From Sphaerodactylus townsendi (Eukaryota): DNA of 64,000 bases. Numbering within the stretch: the stretch's first letter is position 1; every line of letters starts with the position of its first letter. The notes under the pieces were generated by a model. The model was not told the origin of the DNA and made no database searches. It saw only the letters and a list, made by a program, of their open reading frames with translations. The DNA is taken from the NCBI RefSeq assembly GCF_021028975.2, contig NC_059437.1, forward strand, positions 33,852,001 through 33,916,000, given 5' to 3'. Below, piece after piece: positions 51,312 to 63,984 of the stretch. The position numbers and the translations under genes were made by a program.

Positions 51312-54300
51312 ATGACAACCAACTTTCTTTCGGACCTGGTAAGTATCTGCACATTCAGGCTGCTGGTTCTTCAAAATCAGCCTGGCAGTCAGGATAGATC
51401 TGGCTATCAGATAGCCTTGTTGGGCACTATGGATATTTGAGGGAGACTAGAGGGCATCACAAGGGAAGGAATCAATCACACCTTTTTAGAAGACTCCAAA
51501 GAGCGTTTCCTGACCCAAGTCCATTCTAGAGACGACTGCTTCTGAATGGGTACTGTCTTTTGATGCAAAGGCTCTTCTGAATAATTTTCTGCACTAAAGA
51601 GGCAGAAGAAAGCTGAGACTATCCCTTTGATTTGAAGAAGATATTTTATTTGGATTCAGTTTCTGACAAGAGGGGAGGGTTTGCTTCCTGTGTGGCCACC
51701 AGGAAAGGTTTCCAAGCTCAGGATATAAGAATTTCTATGACCAAGCTGAGGGGACATGGCTGTGCCACATCTGCCCAAAATAAGCTCCCTGCCTTCAAGG
51801 TCATGCGTAGAGGGAGGGGCTTGAAATTGTACATTTTCTGGATTTCATCCACAAGGCTCATTGAATCAAGAGAGCACCAGGAAACACAGCAGTCGATGCA
51901 ATGATGAACCCAGGCACCGGGATGGGGGTCACAGCTTTTGTCTGAGTTCCCATTGTTACCCTAAGTAGGCAGTCTTTCACTTTAGCTAGGATATTAGCTG
52001 GAGACAGAGAACGACAGGGTGTAGCTGGGACTGATAACCTATGTTTACCAGGATAGTCCTAGGGGGAACTCCTCAAATGACCAGGTGGTTGTATAATTAA
52101 AATTGCTTTTATTAAAGAATATATTTTGAGCAATGAACATATAGGCAGGCACAAGTCACACAACAGCAGGCTAAGAGAAAAGGAAGTTGAATAGGATTTT
52201 GGGGATGAGTGATAGCTACCTGTGTTAAAGAAACCTCTGGGAAAAGCAGCGCTGGAGAATTTCCAGGACCAGAAGGAAGAGCCCACAGGCAAACAGGGAT
52301 GCATGCATGAATCCAATACACAAACATATTCTGAGTGGCCAAAGAACTAATATGCCCCAAAATGGGTTCTGAGATGGTATGAGGTAAGATGGCAGGAAAG
52401 CCAGCAAAGAATTGATTGCTTTTCTGGGGCTTCAGCAAAAAGATAGAAGAACCTTGATGAGTCATCAGGACCCAAGAGAATGGCTGGGTATTCTCCTGAA
52501 TACCGATTGATTGCTAGGATGGGTGCAGGTAGGGTAAGTAATGGTCTGCTCAGAGCACTGATTCAATTACCTTAGGATGATACAATGGGAATCAGTTAGC
52601 CTTATTATCTAGCCAGGCAAAAAGGGGAAATGTTCAGTCGCCTACAAATTCCTGCCCAGGCTTGACACACAAGAAGAATCTCGAAACTCTCTGAGAGGCA
52701 TCCATTTTGTGGGTCTTGCTTTTCGCAGTCTTTGGTCCCCGTGGCTTTGTAGCACCCTTCAGCGGGAGGAGGGGTCCAACTTCTTACACCACATGTTATT
52801 TAAAGTCCTTCAGTTTCAGCCCCTCTCACATCTTCAATGACCATATGTGAAAGGCAATGCTCAAAGTTCTCATATTGCATTTCTTACTTCATTGATGGAC
52901 CACTACCTACTGCCTTCCGGAAGACTAGCAGGCATAGCCTTCCAGTAGAGCTACTGGACTTGGAAGGGGCTTTATGGGCAGTAAGATTTCCATAGCACCA
53001 GATCACATTTATACACAGCATTACCAGGCCTCTTACTCCTAGCCTCTACCCATCCAAAGACCTAGTACCTCTATTGTACAGAAAATAGATGATCAATTGG
53101 AAGGATTGTGTGTGATATACTTTTTCTGTTACAAGTATTAACAATCAAGGGGGGTGGGATGTCTTTTGTTTGCAGGTTCAGTACCAGCGACTATTCCTAA
53201 TGATGATTGTGTTAGGAGTGGGTGGAAACCTCCTTATCGGCTTCCAGGTTTCTGTGATCACCTATCCTTCTGAAGTAAGGAATGGCTTCTTATTCATATC
53301 TGTGTGGTCAGCCTTCGGGACACAGACTGGGAACTGTCTTGTGGATGCTCATCAGACAATGGTCCCAATCCAGCAAGTGTGCTTCATGAGTGGAGGAGGG
53401 CAACTTCTGTAGGTGGATCACTTGTCTGAATATTTGTGGGGCAGCAAAAATGGAGAAATAGCTCACCCTTCAGTGATGTTTCCTGCAGAAAAACTCCTTT
53501 GAGGGGAAGGTAGAAATCCTTCTCCTTCCCCTTAGAGTGGAACCTAGGTCCATCACATTAAAAACGTAAATGTTTAGTTTGGCCTACATCAAATGCAGAG
53601 CAAGTGAATAGAATGGGGCATACAATGTGGGGAAGAGAGGGTGAGAGAGCAGGAGCTGGTTGGTGAAAGAGTGGAGAGAAATGAAGAAAGATTTGAGAGA
53701 GTAATTTGGGATTATTATATTTGTGCATTACTTTGTATTTCTGATCAAATTCAATATTAAGAGATAGTCCAGTAGCTTAAGACTGGTTGACACTCTGCAT
53801 CTCCTGTTTTATAATTAATCAGGAATCTCAATGATTACACGGGCTTGCTCATTGTGGGCCAAACATTGGGAAAAGTCTGGGAAAAATCTACAGCCAGTAT
53901 TAGGAGTTGTTTGCATGGTGATACTCCTAACCATTGGTTGATATAGTCCCCTCAGCTTCTTACACCCCATGGTATTTAAAGTGCTTCACTTTCAGCCCCT
54001 CTCACATCTTCGATGACCATATGTGAAAGACCATCTTGAACCTTTTTTCAGGAACTGGGTACTAGCTTAATTCAAGGCCTCCCCCGCCCCTTGCCTGCAA
54101 CAGATAATTACATTGCTAAAGTTCACTGTATCAATTGCCTGTTTGGTTAGTATGTATGTGGAGACTGGCATCCTCAGGTAGATAGAGGCTCATTCTGCAC
54201 ATGCAGAATAATGCACTTTCAAACTGCTTTCAGTGCTCTTTGAAGCTGTGCGGAATAGCAAAATCCACTTGCAAACAGTTGTGAAAGTGGTTTGAAAACG

Positions 54301-57300
54301 CATTATTTTGCATGTGCGGGCCATAGAAAGTAGAGTGCTCAGGTGGCCTGTTGACTAAGGCCCAGATATTATACATGTAGTATAGTCAATGACCTTTGAG
54401 TTTCCATTCACTGCTTTGAGTTTCCATTCTTTGAGTTTCAATGTAGTATATTCAATGACCTTTGAGTTTCCATTCACACACGAGAAGAAATGTATATGAA
54501 TATATAGGGGTTTCACAAGGCAACACAAGAGAAAACAATTTAGAATCCCCATCCCCTAACTATTACCCTCTAGAATTCTCTGGGTCCTCAGGACCAGAGA
54601 CAAGTTGATTTCTCCTCTCTTATCTGTTTTTCCTTTAATTGATTCTCTGCTGTGTCTCTTCTGAAGCATGCCCAGTCCTCAGCAGGGCTTTTTATTTTAA
54701 AAAAGCTTGGTTAATTTACTTGGGGACTTCCTCTAGGATACAGAAATGCTTTCCTTTCCAATGGGCGACCCAGTTTTGCTGGCATTTGTTTGACATGGGG
54801 CCAGCCATTTTATTATTCCATATAGTGATATTTATATAACCTGTTCTCGTTCATAATACAACCTGAGTCATCAAGCAAAGCTTGGCAGCTCTCCATGGGG
54901 TCCCCAGAGGAATCAATACCTCTTCTCTAAAAACTCAGGCAAAGGGATCAACCCTATTTCTCCTCCAGCTTCCAGTGAGAACTGTTTCAGTGTCAAGCTT
55001 CCTGGAAATTGTTTCTGCCCAACAACAGATATCGCCAAGAAATGCCGGTAGTTGGGATGCTTAATGGAATTTAGGTTCCTGCTTGACACTGTAGATTAAT
55101 ATAGTGCTTATGAAAGCAGCAATTCTGTTTGGCTGCACTTCTGATTATTTGATCACTTTATGTTCCTGTGCCTGCTAGAATAAATTATGGTTTGGTAAAT
55201 ACAAAGAGCGGGGGATTTTCCTTTAAACCTGTATTTCAGATAATAATGATTTTTAAATAAAAAATGAGTGTTTAGTAGTTTAAAAAAGAGATCAGTCAGA
55301 ACTGAAGTTGTATACTAATTGTAAAAGTCCTTTTGTTTGCTTGTTTGTTCCCAGCATATAAAGAGATTTATCAATGCAACCTGGGTAGAACGGTATGGCT
55401 CTCCCCTTCATCAGAAAACAGTCTCCCTACTCTGGTCCTTGGTTGTGTCTCTCTACTGTGTGGGAGGTTTGTTTGGCTGCATGTGGAGTGGACCTCTGAC
55501 AATGAGATATGGAAAGTAGGTATCTGTGTAACTTACCAGAATATATTGTTCCCACACACCATTGGGATCACAAATGAAGGCAACCTTTCCATTATTTCTA
55601 TGTATAACAGGGGCCATCAACAATTCTTTAATGAGAGCTACTTCTGTGTCATGACAAAGATCCCAAACTACTTCCTGTAACCCTGGGCATGATACTAAGT
55701 TTTGTTGTGGTCTGGAAACAGAACAAGAACTAGGAAAATTACCAAAAATTATGTTTATCAGCTAAGCAGCTCAGAAAAAAATTCTACAAAATAAAAGCTG
55801 TTTTTTAAAAAAGGCTATAGCAGATATTTTAAAGATATTTTTCTGGGTCTCCTATCTTTGGGATTCAATGAGCTACTCTGCAAAAGCCGGCTGGTAGTTC
55901 ACCAGCTATCTTTTGAAGATCCCTGATGTACAACATTTGGTCTGACCTTTGCAGTGATTCAGGCTCTTGCAACAGACTTAAAATTGCTACAATTGAATTA
56001 ATTTAAATCAGTCAGCAGTATATTGTATCTGGAGAATTTTAAAGGTGAAACCCAAGAGGCTGCTGGGAACTTTTTATTTATAGCACTGTTTGGTTTCTTA
56101 CAGAAAGAGAACTTTCATGATCAATGACCTGATCATAATTGCAGCTGCTCTTCTCATAGGCTTCAGTAGGATGGCTAAATCTTATGAAATGATTCTAATT
56201 GGACGCTTCCTCTATGGCATCACTGCAGGTAGGACCTATCAACCCTGGTAAAACCAAATTCCACCAAGAATCAAGGTTGGGAAGTTTATTTCATATGCAT
56301 GAAAGATCTGCTGCTATGGTGCATGCCTTAGTAACATCTAGATTAGACCACTGCAGTGCGTTGTACGTCGGGCTGATCTTGACGACAGCATGAAACTGCA
56401 GCTGGTACAGAACACTGCAGCCAGAATGTTGACTGGAGCTGGTTGTAGGGATGGGATTGCTAGTGAATGCAATAGTTTCATGGATCTGGTTAAGCCAGCT
56501 AACAAAAGATGAAACCAGGTGAGCATAAAATTTAAAAAATCAGTGTATCCTTTGAACATTATGATGTGCTGCCAAAAGAACTGTGGTCAGGGTTGCAGAT
56601 GATTTTGGTTTCTAAAGCTTTCATAAATCAATTTGCAACACTCGAAGCTACCCTTGAGCCCATGACCACACCACTTATTTGGTAAGAAAATTGATTTTCA
56701 AACAGAAGCAACTTTTCACCAAAATGGTGTCAAATAATTACATAAGAAAAAAGCTTGTGGGGTCTGGCCTGGACCAAACGTAAAGATATGATTGCCATCC
56801 TCCAGGTGGGGAATTATAACTGATTGCTAAAGTACAGAGATCAGTTCCCTTGGGGAAAAAATGGCAGTTTTGGAGGATGGACCCTATGACATTATATTCC
56901 ACTGAGGTCCCTTCCCACCTCAAACTCTGCCCTGTTTACCCCTAAATCTCCAGGAATTTTTCAAGACAGAGTTGACAGTAGTTTATAGGGACTATATCTC
57001 TACAGTCTTGTTCCATTTTCACTGGCCTATTGTGTACCAGGAGTCTGCTACACAGCAGGGGAAAATGTCTGTCATAGCAAGATTTCTTGAATGGATGTAT
57101 TTTCCTGAGCCCCGCTTTCAGTTTCCATTCTCTCTGCACCAACTGACACCACTTTAAACGTGACTTTAATTTTCTTCTCTCACTGGGAGATTTACCAGCG
57201 AGCACAGCTTTACCCCAGACATCTTCCTTCTGCCCATCACCCGCCCCTCACATTCCCTCACACTCCCATGCACACCTCTCCCCTTGCTTCTATTCAGATT

Positions 57301-58883
57301 TGTTGTTACTTCAGTTTTTATTTATTATACTTATGTATCAATGTAAAAAAAGAAGCACTGCAAAATCACTGTCTTTTATTGCATTTGAAAACCAGGAAGT
57401 ATGCGTGTGTGTGGAAGTTCGGGGGACCCCGGGGAGGGGGGGCGTGGAAATCTTAGTTCTAGAACTTGTTTCCCTTCTTCAGTAGACTGTGGTTCAGGGA
57501 ATTGCTTTGCCTCTTTCTTTGGGGGAGGTTCCAAATATCAGTATAATTGCAATCACAGGTATATTGATAGAACTGCGATTTAAAGGGCTTTACAAAGCCC
57601 TTTATCTTGCAACTTCCGGGTGTGGTGAGAATTGTGCCTTTAAGACGAGGTGATGGGCATAGTTAAGAGAACCAGGAAAAGCAGAGGCCCATTGGGATTT
57701 CAGCAAGCAGCTGTGGGGCAGGAAGTGAATGGTTCCTCACGTGTAAACAGAGAAACGTGAGGAGACCACACTACAGCCCCACTACAGAGCTAAGAGTCTT
57801 GAGATAAGCATTCCATGTGTGATGTGTTATTGCTATTTATTCAATTTGATCTTACTGGTTCCCAGTTTGCTTCTGGCCTGGACCTAATTCAAGATGCTGG
57901 TATTGACATATAAAGTCATATTCAGCTTGGGGATAGCATACCTGAAGGATTGTCAACTGCCAGCCACACAAACATACCCAACCACTCTGGCCATCTTTGG
58001 GGACCCTCGTTCAGCTGTCTCTACCATCTGAGGTTAGATGGGTGGTAACCAAAAAGGGGGGCTTCTTGGTCATGGCACTCCTTTCCCAGGGGAATTTATC
58101 TGCATCCCATTATTGCTATCTTCTGCCAGTAGGTGACTACTTTTTTGGGGGGAGGGGGTTGTTTGACATGCCTTCACTGACTTTTCTTAGCCCTCCTTCC
58201 TGTCTGTGTGTTTGTGTTTATATTATGTTGTATTTAATTGTTTTAAATGTTTTATATATTTGTATTTTAAATGCTTTTTAGTGTCTGAAATTATTTAATG
58301 TTTTGTTTTAATCTTCACTACCTTGCATACCCTAAATTGAATAGGAAGGCCACGTAAAAAGGTTTTCAATGAATCAAACAATATTATAATCCACTGGGTT
58401 CTGAACATAACACAGTCCCATGAGAGGGGAAAATCACTCAATGGGAATTTGTTGGTTTCTGGCTAGGAGTCTGCACCTACTAATTAGGTTGCAGGGTTTT
58501 TCTGTTCCTTCCAACTTACACCAGTAATTTAAATACTAAAGCCCAACAGTACATAGATGGGTAGTATATAGCATAACAATAACAGATAGAACATAGTGTG
58601 AATATAATTGATGGCATGTAAGAATTGTGTTGACTTCTTTAAAATATTTCTTGAAATATAACTGTTTTCCTTTCCACTGAAGGTATCTGTCTGAATGTCC
58701 ATGGACAGTATGTTGGAGAAGTTTCACCCAAAAAGCTGAGAGGCTTTGCAAATACCACTTCATCTGTTTTTTTTGCACTAGGAAAAGCCTTGGGGCAGTT
58801 GATGGGCTTAAGGTAACACCACCTGATTATAAACTATTAAACAATCTCCATTATTGCTATCCATGCCTTTGTTCTTCATTCCC

Positions 58884-58914
<31 letters not shown>

Positions 58915-61900
58915 TGTATGTATGTATGTATGTATGTATGTATGTATGTATGTATGTATGTATGTATGTATCCATCTTCACCTTTCTACCCAGTGAGGAT
59001 CCAGAGTAGCTTACATCGTTTCTCCTCACTCCCATTTTATCTTCAACATAACTCAGTGGGATAGATAAGGCTGAGAGTCTGAACTGGTCCAAGGACACCC
59101 AGCAAGCTTCCATGGCTGAGAAGGGTAGTCAAAGCACTGACTCCCAGATTCTAGTCTGATACTCAAAGGGTTAAGCCATGCTGGGACTGATAATTGTAAT
59201 ATATAAACCCATAGCATGGCTAGACCATTGTATTCAATTTTTACTTTTATCCTTTTCTTCTTTTCCCATTTGCTATTCTTACTGTCTATGGTTAAGTTAG
59301 GATCTGGACAATGGGTATTGACCTGAGAGAACTCAGAGCCCATCTAAGGAGTGAGCTGAAGTTGGAGGAGTGGGTTTGTTTTGTTTGTTTGTCCTAAAAC
59401 TATGTGACGTAAACAAAACCATGAGATGTCTCCTAGTTTTTCTCCCCTTCCCCATCAGATAATTGTCTGTGAGCATAAATAACATATTTGTGCATGTTTT
59501 CACCAGAGAACTTTTAGGCTCTCAAGCTTTCTGGCCTTTGCTGCTGGCTTTGTGTGGAATCGCAGCCCTAGTACAACTGCTGCTCTTGCCATTTTTCCCA
59601 GAATCCCCCCCATATCTGTTGATTCAAAAGGATGACAAAGAAGGTTGCTTACAAGGTAACACTGGTGCTCTGTTCCCTGTTTTAATTGTTTTCTTCATTG
59701 ACATCTGCCATAAAAGGAAGGCAATGAGGGTGAAATTAGACATGATGGCATCTTTGTGGCTGCCACTTAAAAGCCATTTTAAAATGCATCAATCAGAATT
59801 GCGCCCAAACGTGGCACACTGAAGGCATTCTTCCCCCTCCCCCCCAGTCCCACCTTATCACATGCTGAACTCTCCACCACCACCACATATGAGGCTGTTT
59901 GGGGCACTTGAAAAGGGCGGGGGCGGGGGCATGAATGCCACACTGCAGGTCCAATCAGGATCAAGCCATACCAGCGTTTTAAATTACTTTGAAATGGCAG
60001 TTGCATTCTCATGGCTGCCTTGGGAACACTGTCAGGTCCAGATCTGCTTTTATTCTGCAAACAAGAATGAATCTTGACATCAAATGGGAAAGACATATCT
60101 CTACAATGAAATAGTATACAGACTTACTATAGAAAAGAATAGAAAATGAAAGGTAAGTGTAACCTCAGCTTGTGGGTTCTGTGGGGCAGTACTTGGAATG
60201 AGTTGCAACAACAATTTTTAAACAACAAAATGGTTTACTTTCCTTTACAATTTACACTTTTAAAACATCAACATTTAACGTTACAATTCAAGGTCCTGTT
60301 CAGGTTGCATTTCAAGTCCTTCTATTTACAGTCTACTGATATTGCCAAGTCCAAATTCTTCTTTGCAAGTTGGCTGGCTCCTGAAGACTCCAAGGGCTTG
60401 ATGAACAGGTTGCAACATGATTAAGGTCTCCAGGAGAACTCTCACCCATTACAACCACAAAAGAAAACCCTGAAACAATAAACTCCAACATTTACAACAT
60501 AGCAAAACAACAACTAGTAGTTCCCAACAATATTGCAATTACCTTAACAAGGTGTTAAGGGCTTATAGAAATCAAAGTCCGAGTCTGGTACCCTTGTCTT
60601 CTGCAAAGAGCTCTTGCAGCCTTTCTGCTGCTCTGAGTCTCCACCCCTTACTGGGTCAACCCATTCTGGGCCAACCCATTCTGGGCATGGGGGTTACATA
60701 AGCATTCAGAGAATGCTTAGAGCAGTGGCATTGTGGGAAGAAAAATATTCTATTCAGTTATACTGGGCCTATGTGTTATGTATATGCTTCTTCAAGTGGA
60801 TCTATAAGAATGTAAATAAAAACAATAAAAATTATGGGGTGCTGTGTGGTTTCCAGGCTGTATGGCCGTGTTCTAGCAGCATTCTCCCCTGATGTTTCGC
60901 CTGCATCTATGGCTGGCATCTTCAGAGGATCTGATAGTAGGAAAGGAAAGCAAGTGGAGTATATATTGAATAACAATGAAGATGGCAAGGTCATCTGAAT
61001 AGAAGTAGTCTGGCATGTGAGTAATAATGAAGTATGTAGCATGTAACAATGAAGATAGCAAGGTCAATAGGTGAGGGCATCTGAATAGAAGTAGCCTGGC
61101 CTTTGTTCCCTTTGATTGTTTATTGTCTATAGTCATCCTGTGTTTGTGTGGAGCTGATTAGTCACTGTCTTGACTCTAGTGTTTTTCAACACTGGCAGCC
61201 AAGTTCTGTTCATTTTCATGGGTTTTTTGGGGGAAGATTGAGAGCCTGAACACTGTCTGCTATGTTGCTCTTTGAGTTCAGCTGAAATATGAACAACTGA
61301 GTCATTCAATATTTGAATAACTGTTGTTCCTTTATTCTTTCACAAAGCCATGAAAGACCTCTGGGGTGAAGGACATCTCCAAGCTGAGATGGATGACCTG
61401 ATGAAGCAGAAGACAGCCATGAAGAATTCCAAGAGCTTAAGCATTCTAGAAGTGATGAAAGAGAAATCCCTACGGCCATCTTTATGCATTGTCTTTCTGC
61501 TGACAATGAGCATGCAGTGGTCTGGCTTGAGTGCAGTTGAGTAGAGTAAATAACTTCAAGAAAGTACAGCCTGCTCTTTACAGCCCTGTGTTCTTTTTGT
61601 TGGTGTGGCCTCTCCATGTAATAGTCATGAATCTTCCTTTTCTAAATAAATCAGTTTATACAAAAAATTATGACACGGGAGCAAGTTTTTTGCCATGCAA
61701 TTTGCTTTCCCCATAGTGGATGTTAGTTCTAAGAAGTCTGTTGAACCATTATTACACCAATGAAAATATCTCTGGCCATTAACCAATTGGCTTGGCTCCT
61801 TTTCCCAAAAAGTACCAGAATTTTTCTCTCCGTTATTAAAACACATCATATTATATTGTGCTAGAAGTCTATGGTCATAGGTTCTAATATGTGCTACTTT

Positions 61901-63984
61901 TTCTTTTCCAGATCTACTTTTATACCTTTGAAGTCTTCCGTACAGCCGGGGTGGAAGATGTTCTTATACCCTATGTGGCATTAGGAGTTGGAACCTGTGA
62001 ATTTGTCTCTGTGATCCTGTGTGTAAGTCAAACTAGTCCAAACTTGTAGGAGCAACTGTGGTGATTGTGTCAGATGGTGCTTTTTGAGGATGAAGGTGAC
62101 AGCCATCTGCCTCACTTCTGCCACCATGCCTGGGGGCATCTAATTTTCTTGCCTCCACAGGCCTCTTTAAAAACAGGGCAGCAACCTGTGCATGCCCAAC
62201 ATTCCCAGTAAAGCTTCTTGTACTCTTGTGAGATTCATTTGTCTCTATAGAAGCCAGCCGCCTTCCTTGGCAACAGGCAGACAAAAAATGGTACCGTCTT
62301 CGGAGAAAAAGGAATCTTGTGAAAGTTTGGAAAGCCACACAGGGCATTCAAAAGTTGCCTGCCAAACCACATTTAAATATGTCTGAGGGAGTAAGAAGGC
62401 AAGAAGAATTGCTGCTTGGGCTTCTGAGTGAGAGTAGCATCTGGCCAGCTACAAAGAGAACCTATTAATTAAACTGGTCCTCTATTTCTTTTTTATGAAA
62501 AATGGGATCAGTTCTGAATGGAAAGGAATAGATCAACACAGAACCAACATGCTAATGCAGACATTTTACTTCATAATTGACACGAATTGACAGCGTAGGC
62601 GCAATTGAGCATACACAGAGTGCGGCAATAACTACTGGAGCCAGGGAGTTCACTCAAAGAAAGGATGTATTGGCACTGGTACTATATACAGTTTAAACGG
62701 ACAGAGCCTTCGGCTTAGGTCCTGTCCCCAGCCAGGAACATGCTTAACTGAGTTTGCTTACTTATATACACTATGATACATTAATTAGCCTATGGCTAGT
62801 ACAGTCAAAGGCAGGGGTCCCCAAACTACGGCCCAGGGGCCAAATGTGGCCCCCTGAAGGCATTTATCCGGCCCGCCAGGCATGGCGGCAATGGCTCCAT
62901 TCATGTGCAGTGGGGGCTCGAGGGAGAGGAGGAACCGGCCCCAACGGTTGTTGATTGCAATTACATGATGGCACCCCCAAATCTCCATGAATTTTCTGAC
63001 CCAGAGTTGGAAACCTTACACGTGGCAACGCCTGCTCCGCACTTCCCTCTCGGCTACTCCATGTGTTGCTCTCAGGCTTTCTGTTCCGCCTCACTCCCAT
63101 TGGCATCAGCCAGGCTGGTGAATCGCTCGCTGGCTGCTAGGGAGGAAGAACCCAGGAAGATACCTAATCCTGGGATAGGTGGAATGCTTCATTGGGAAAG
63201 TTCTGCTTTTTTTTTTTTACAGGGGAAGGTATTCCACAGCCTCCCCAACAATATTTGGAGCCCACCCTGTACTTGACATACTTTGGTCACTGTTCTAAAA
63301 ATAGACCATGACAGAAAGGCTGAAAGGTGAAATCAAACATTTTACAGTCATTTGTGCATAGGAATTTGTTCATAGTTTTTTTTAGTCCGGCCCTCCAACA
63401 GTCTGAGGGACAGTGAACTGGCCCCCTGTTTAAAAAGTTTGGGGACCCCTGGTCAAAGGTCACATGACTCTTATACAGGTAGCAGATGCAATCATGCCCT
63501 TTGGCTGACTGCTAACAGGTTACTGCTGTCAGTCCTTCAGCAGGCAATTAAGGCAATCAAGGGTTTTGCCATGCAGCTGTTATACTTTCAGCTCCTGACA
63601 ATAATGGTCAGTGTCACCTGAAAAGTGACCTTCTATGGACTTGAGAAGGCAGCGTGGTAGAGGAATTCTGTCTTGTCATAGGTGGCTAAACATCTTTTTC
63701 AAAAACATCCGAAAACAAGTGATGGTGATCTGCAACCTCAGTTTGGAGCTGCAAATTCCTCCCAAGGCATCCTGTGGTGATCTCACCACATGCTCACTGG
63801 AATCACTCTAGTATCATATTAGGTTTGCCATTGAGATTTTCCCCTTTGTATGCCTGATTATGATACTTTTTGGATCAAACAGAGCACCATAATTGACCAC
63901 ATTGGCCGAAGGATTCTGCTGTGGGGAGGCTATGGAATGATGGCTTTGGTTATGGCCTTTCTCATAATTACTCTCTCTCTTCAG
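51312..63984 (+). CDS. SLC2A11-like class II GLUT paralogue (exons 1-9; 3' part lies beyond the window)
   Basis: Exons: 51312-51338 (MTTNFLSDL), 53176-53274, 55355-55515, 56104-56228, 58683-58812, 59507-59655, 61348-61535, 61912-62022, 63883-63984. Exon 2-9 sizes (99/161/125/130/149/188/111/102) and phases are identical to the upstream SLC2A11, and the frame is open. GLUT motifs: FINATW, EMILIGRF, YVGEVSPKKLRG, PESPPYL, IYFY, IDHIGRR. Confidence 0.88.
54187..54323. mobile_element. Short palindromic MITE
   Basis: GCACATGCAGAATAATGCACTTTCAAACTGCTTTCA pairs imperfectly with TGAAAGTGGTTTGAAAACGCATTATTTTGCATGTGC. Confidence 0.65.
56305..58385 (+). mobile_element. Old L2-type LINE 3' fragment split in two (56305-56460 and ~57820-58385) by later sequence
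   Basis: VHALVTSRLDHCSALYVGL..LQLVQNTAARMLTG, continuing ~1.4 kb later as FKMLVLTYK and an AT-rich 3' UTR. Confidence 0.55.
58885..59175 (-). repeat. (TATG)~21 microsatellite (58885-58971) adjoining an old CORE-type SINE
   Basis: Perfect tetranucleotide run followed by a SINE-like body (GGCTGAGAG..CCAAGGACACCCAGCAAGCTTCCATGG). Confidence 0.8.
60158..60698. mobile_element. Solo LTR (541 bp)
   Basis: TGTAACC ... GGTTACA inverted termini and perfect 4-bp TSD TAAG (60154-60157, 60699-60702). Confidence 0.8.
60836..61220 (-). mobile_element. Penelope-like element 3' end / pLTR
   Basis: Minus strand CCTCTGAAGATGCCAGCCATAGATGCAGGCGAAACATCAGGGGAGAATGCTGCTAGAACACGGCCATACAGCC, typical of squamate Penelope termini. 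Confidence 0.75.
60887..60929 (-). ncRNA. Minimal type I hammerhead ribozyme motif (Penelope-associated, probably decayed)
   Basis: UCCU-CUGAAGA-U-GCC(loop 13)GGC-GAAAC-AUC-AGGG: conserved core boxes with stem II and stem I. Confidence 0.6.
62812..63451. mobile_element. OC1/OposCharlie1-like non-autonomous hAT element (640 bp)
   Basis: Perfect 16-bp TIR CAGGGGTCCCCAAACT; perfect TSD GTCAAAGG (62804-62811, 63452-63459); 3' end GTCTGAGGGACAGTGAACTGGCCCCCTGTTTAAAAAG as recalled for OC1. Confidence 0.85.
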
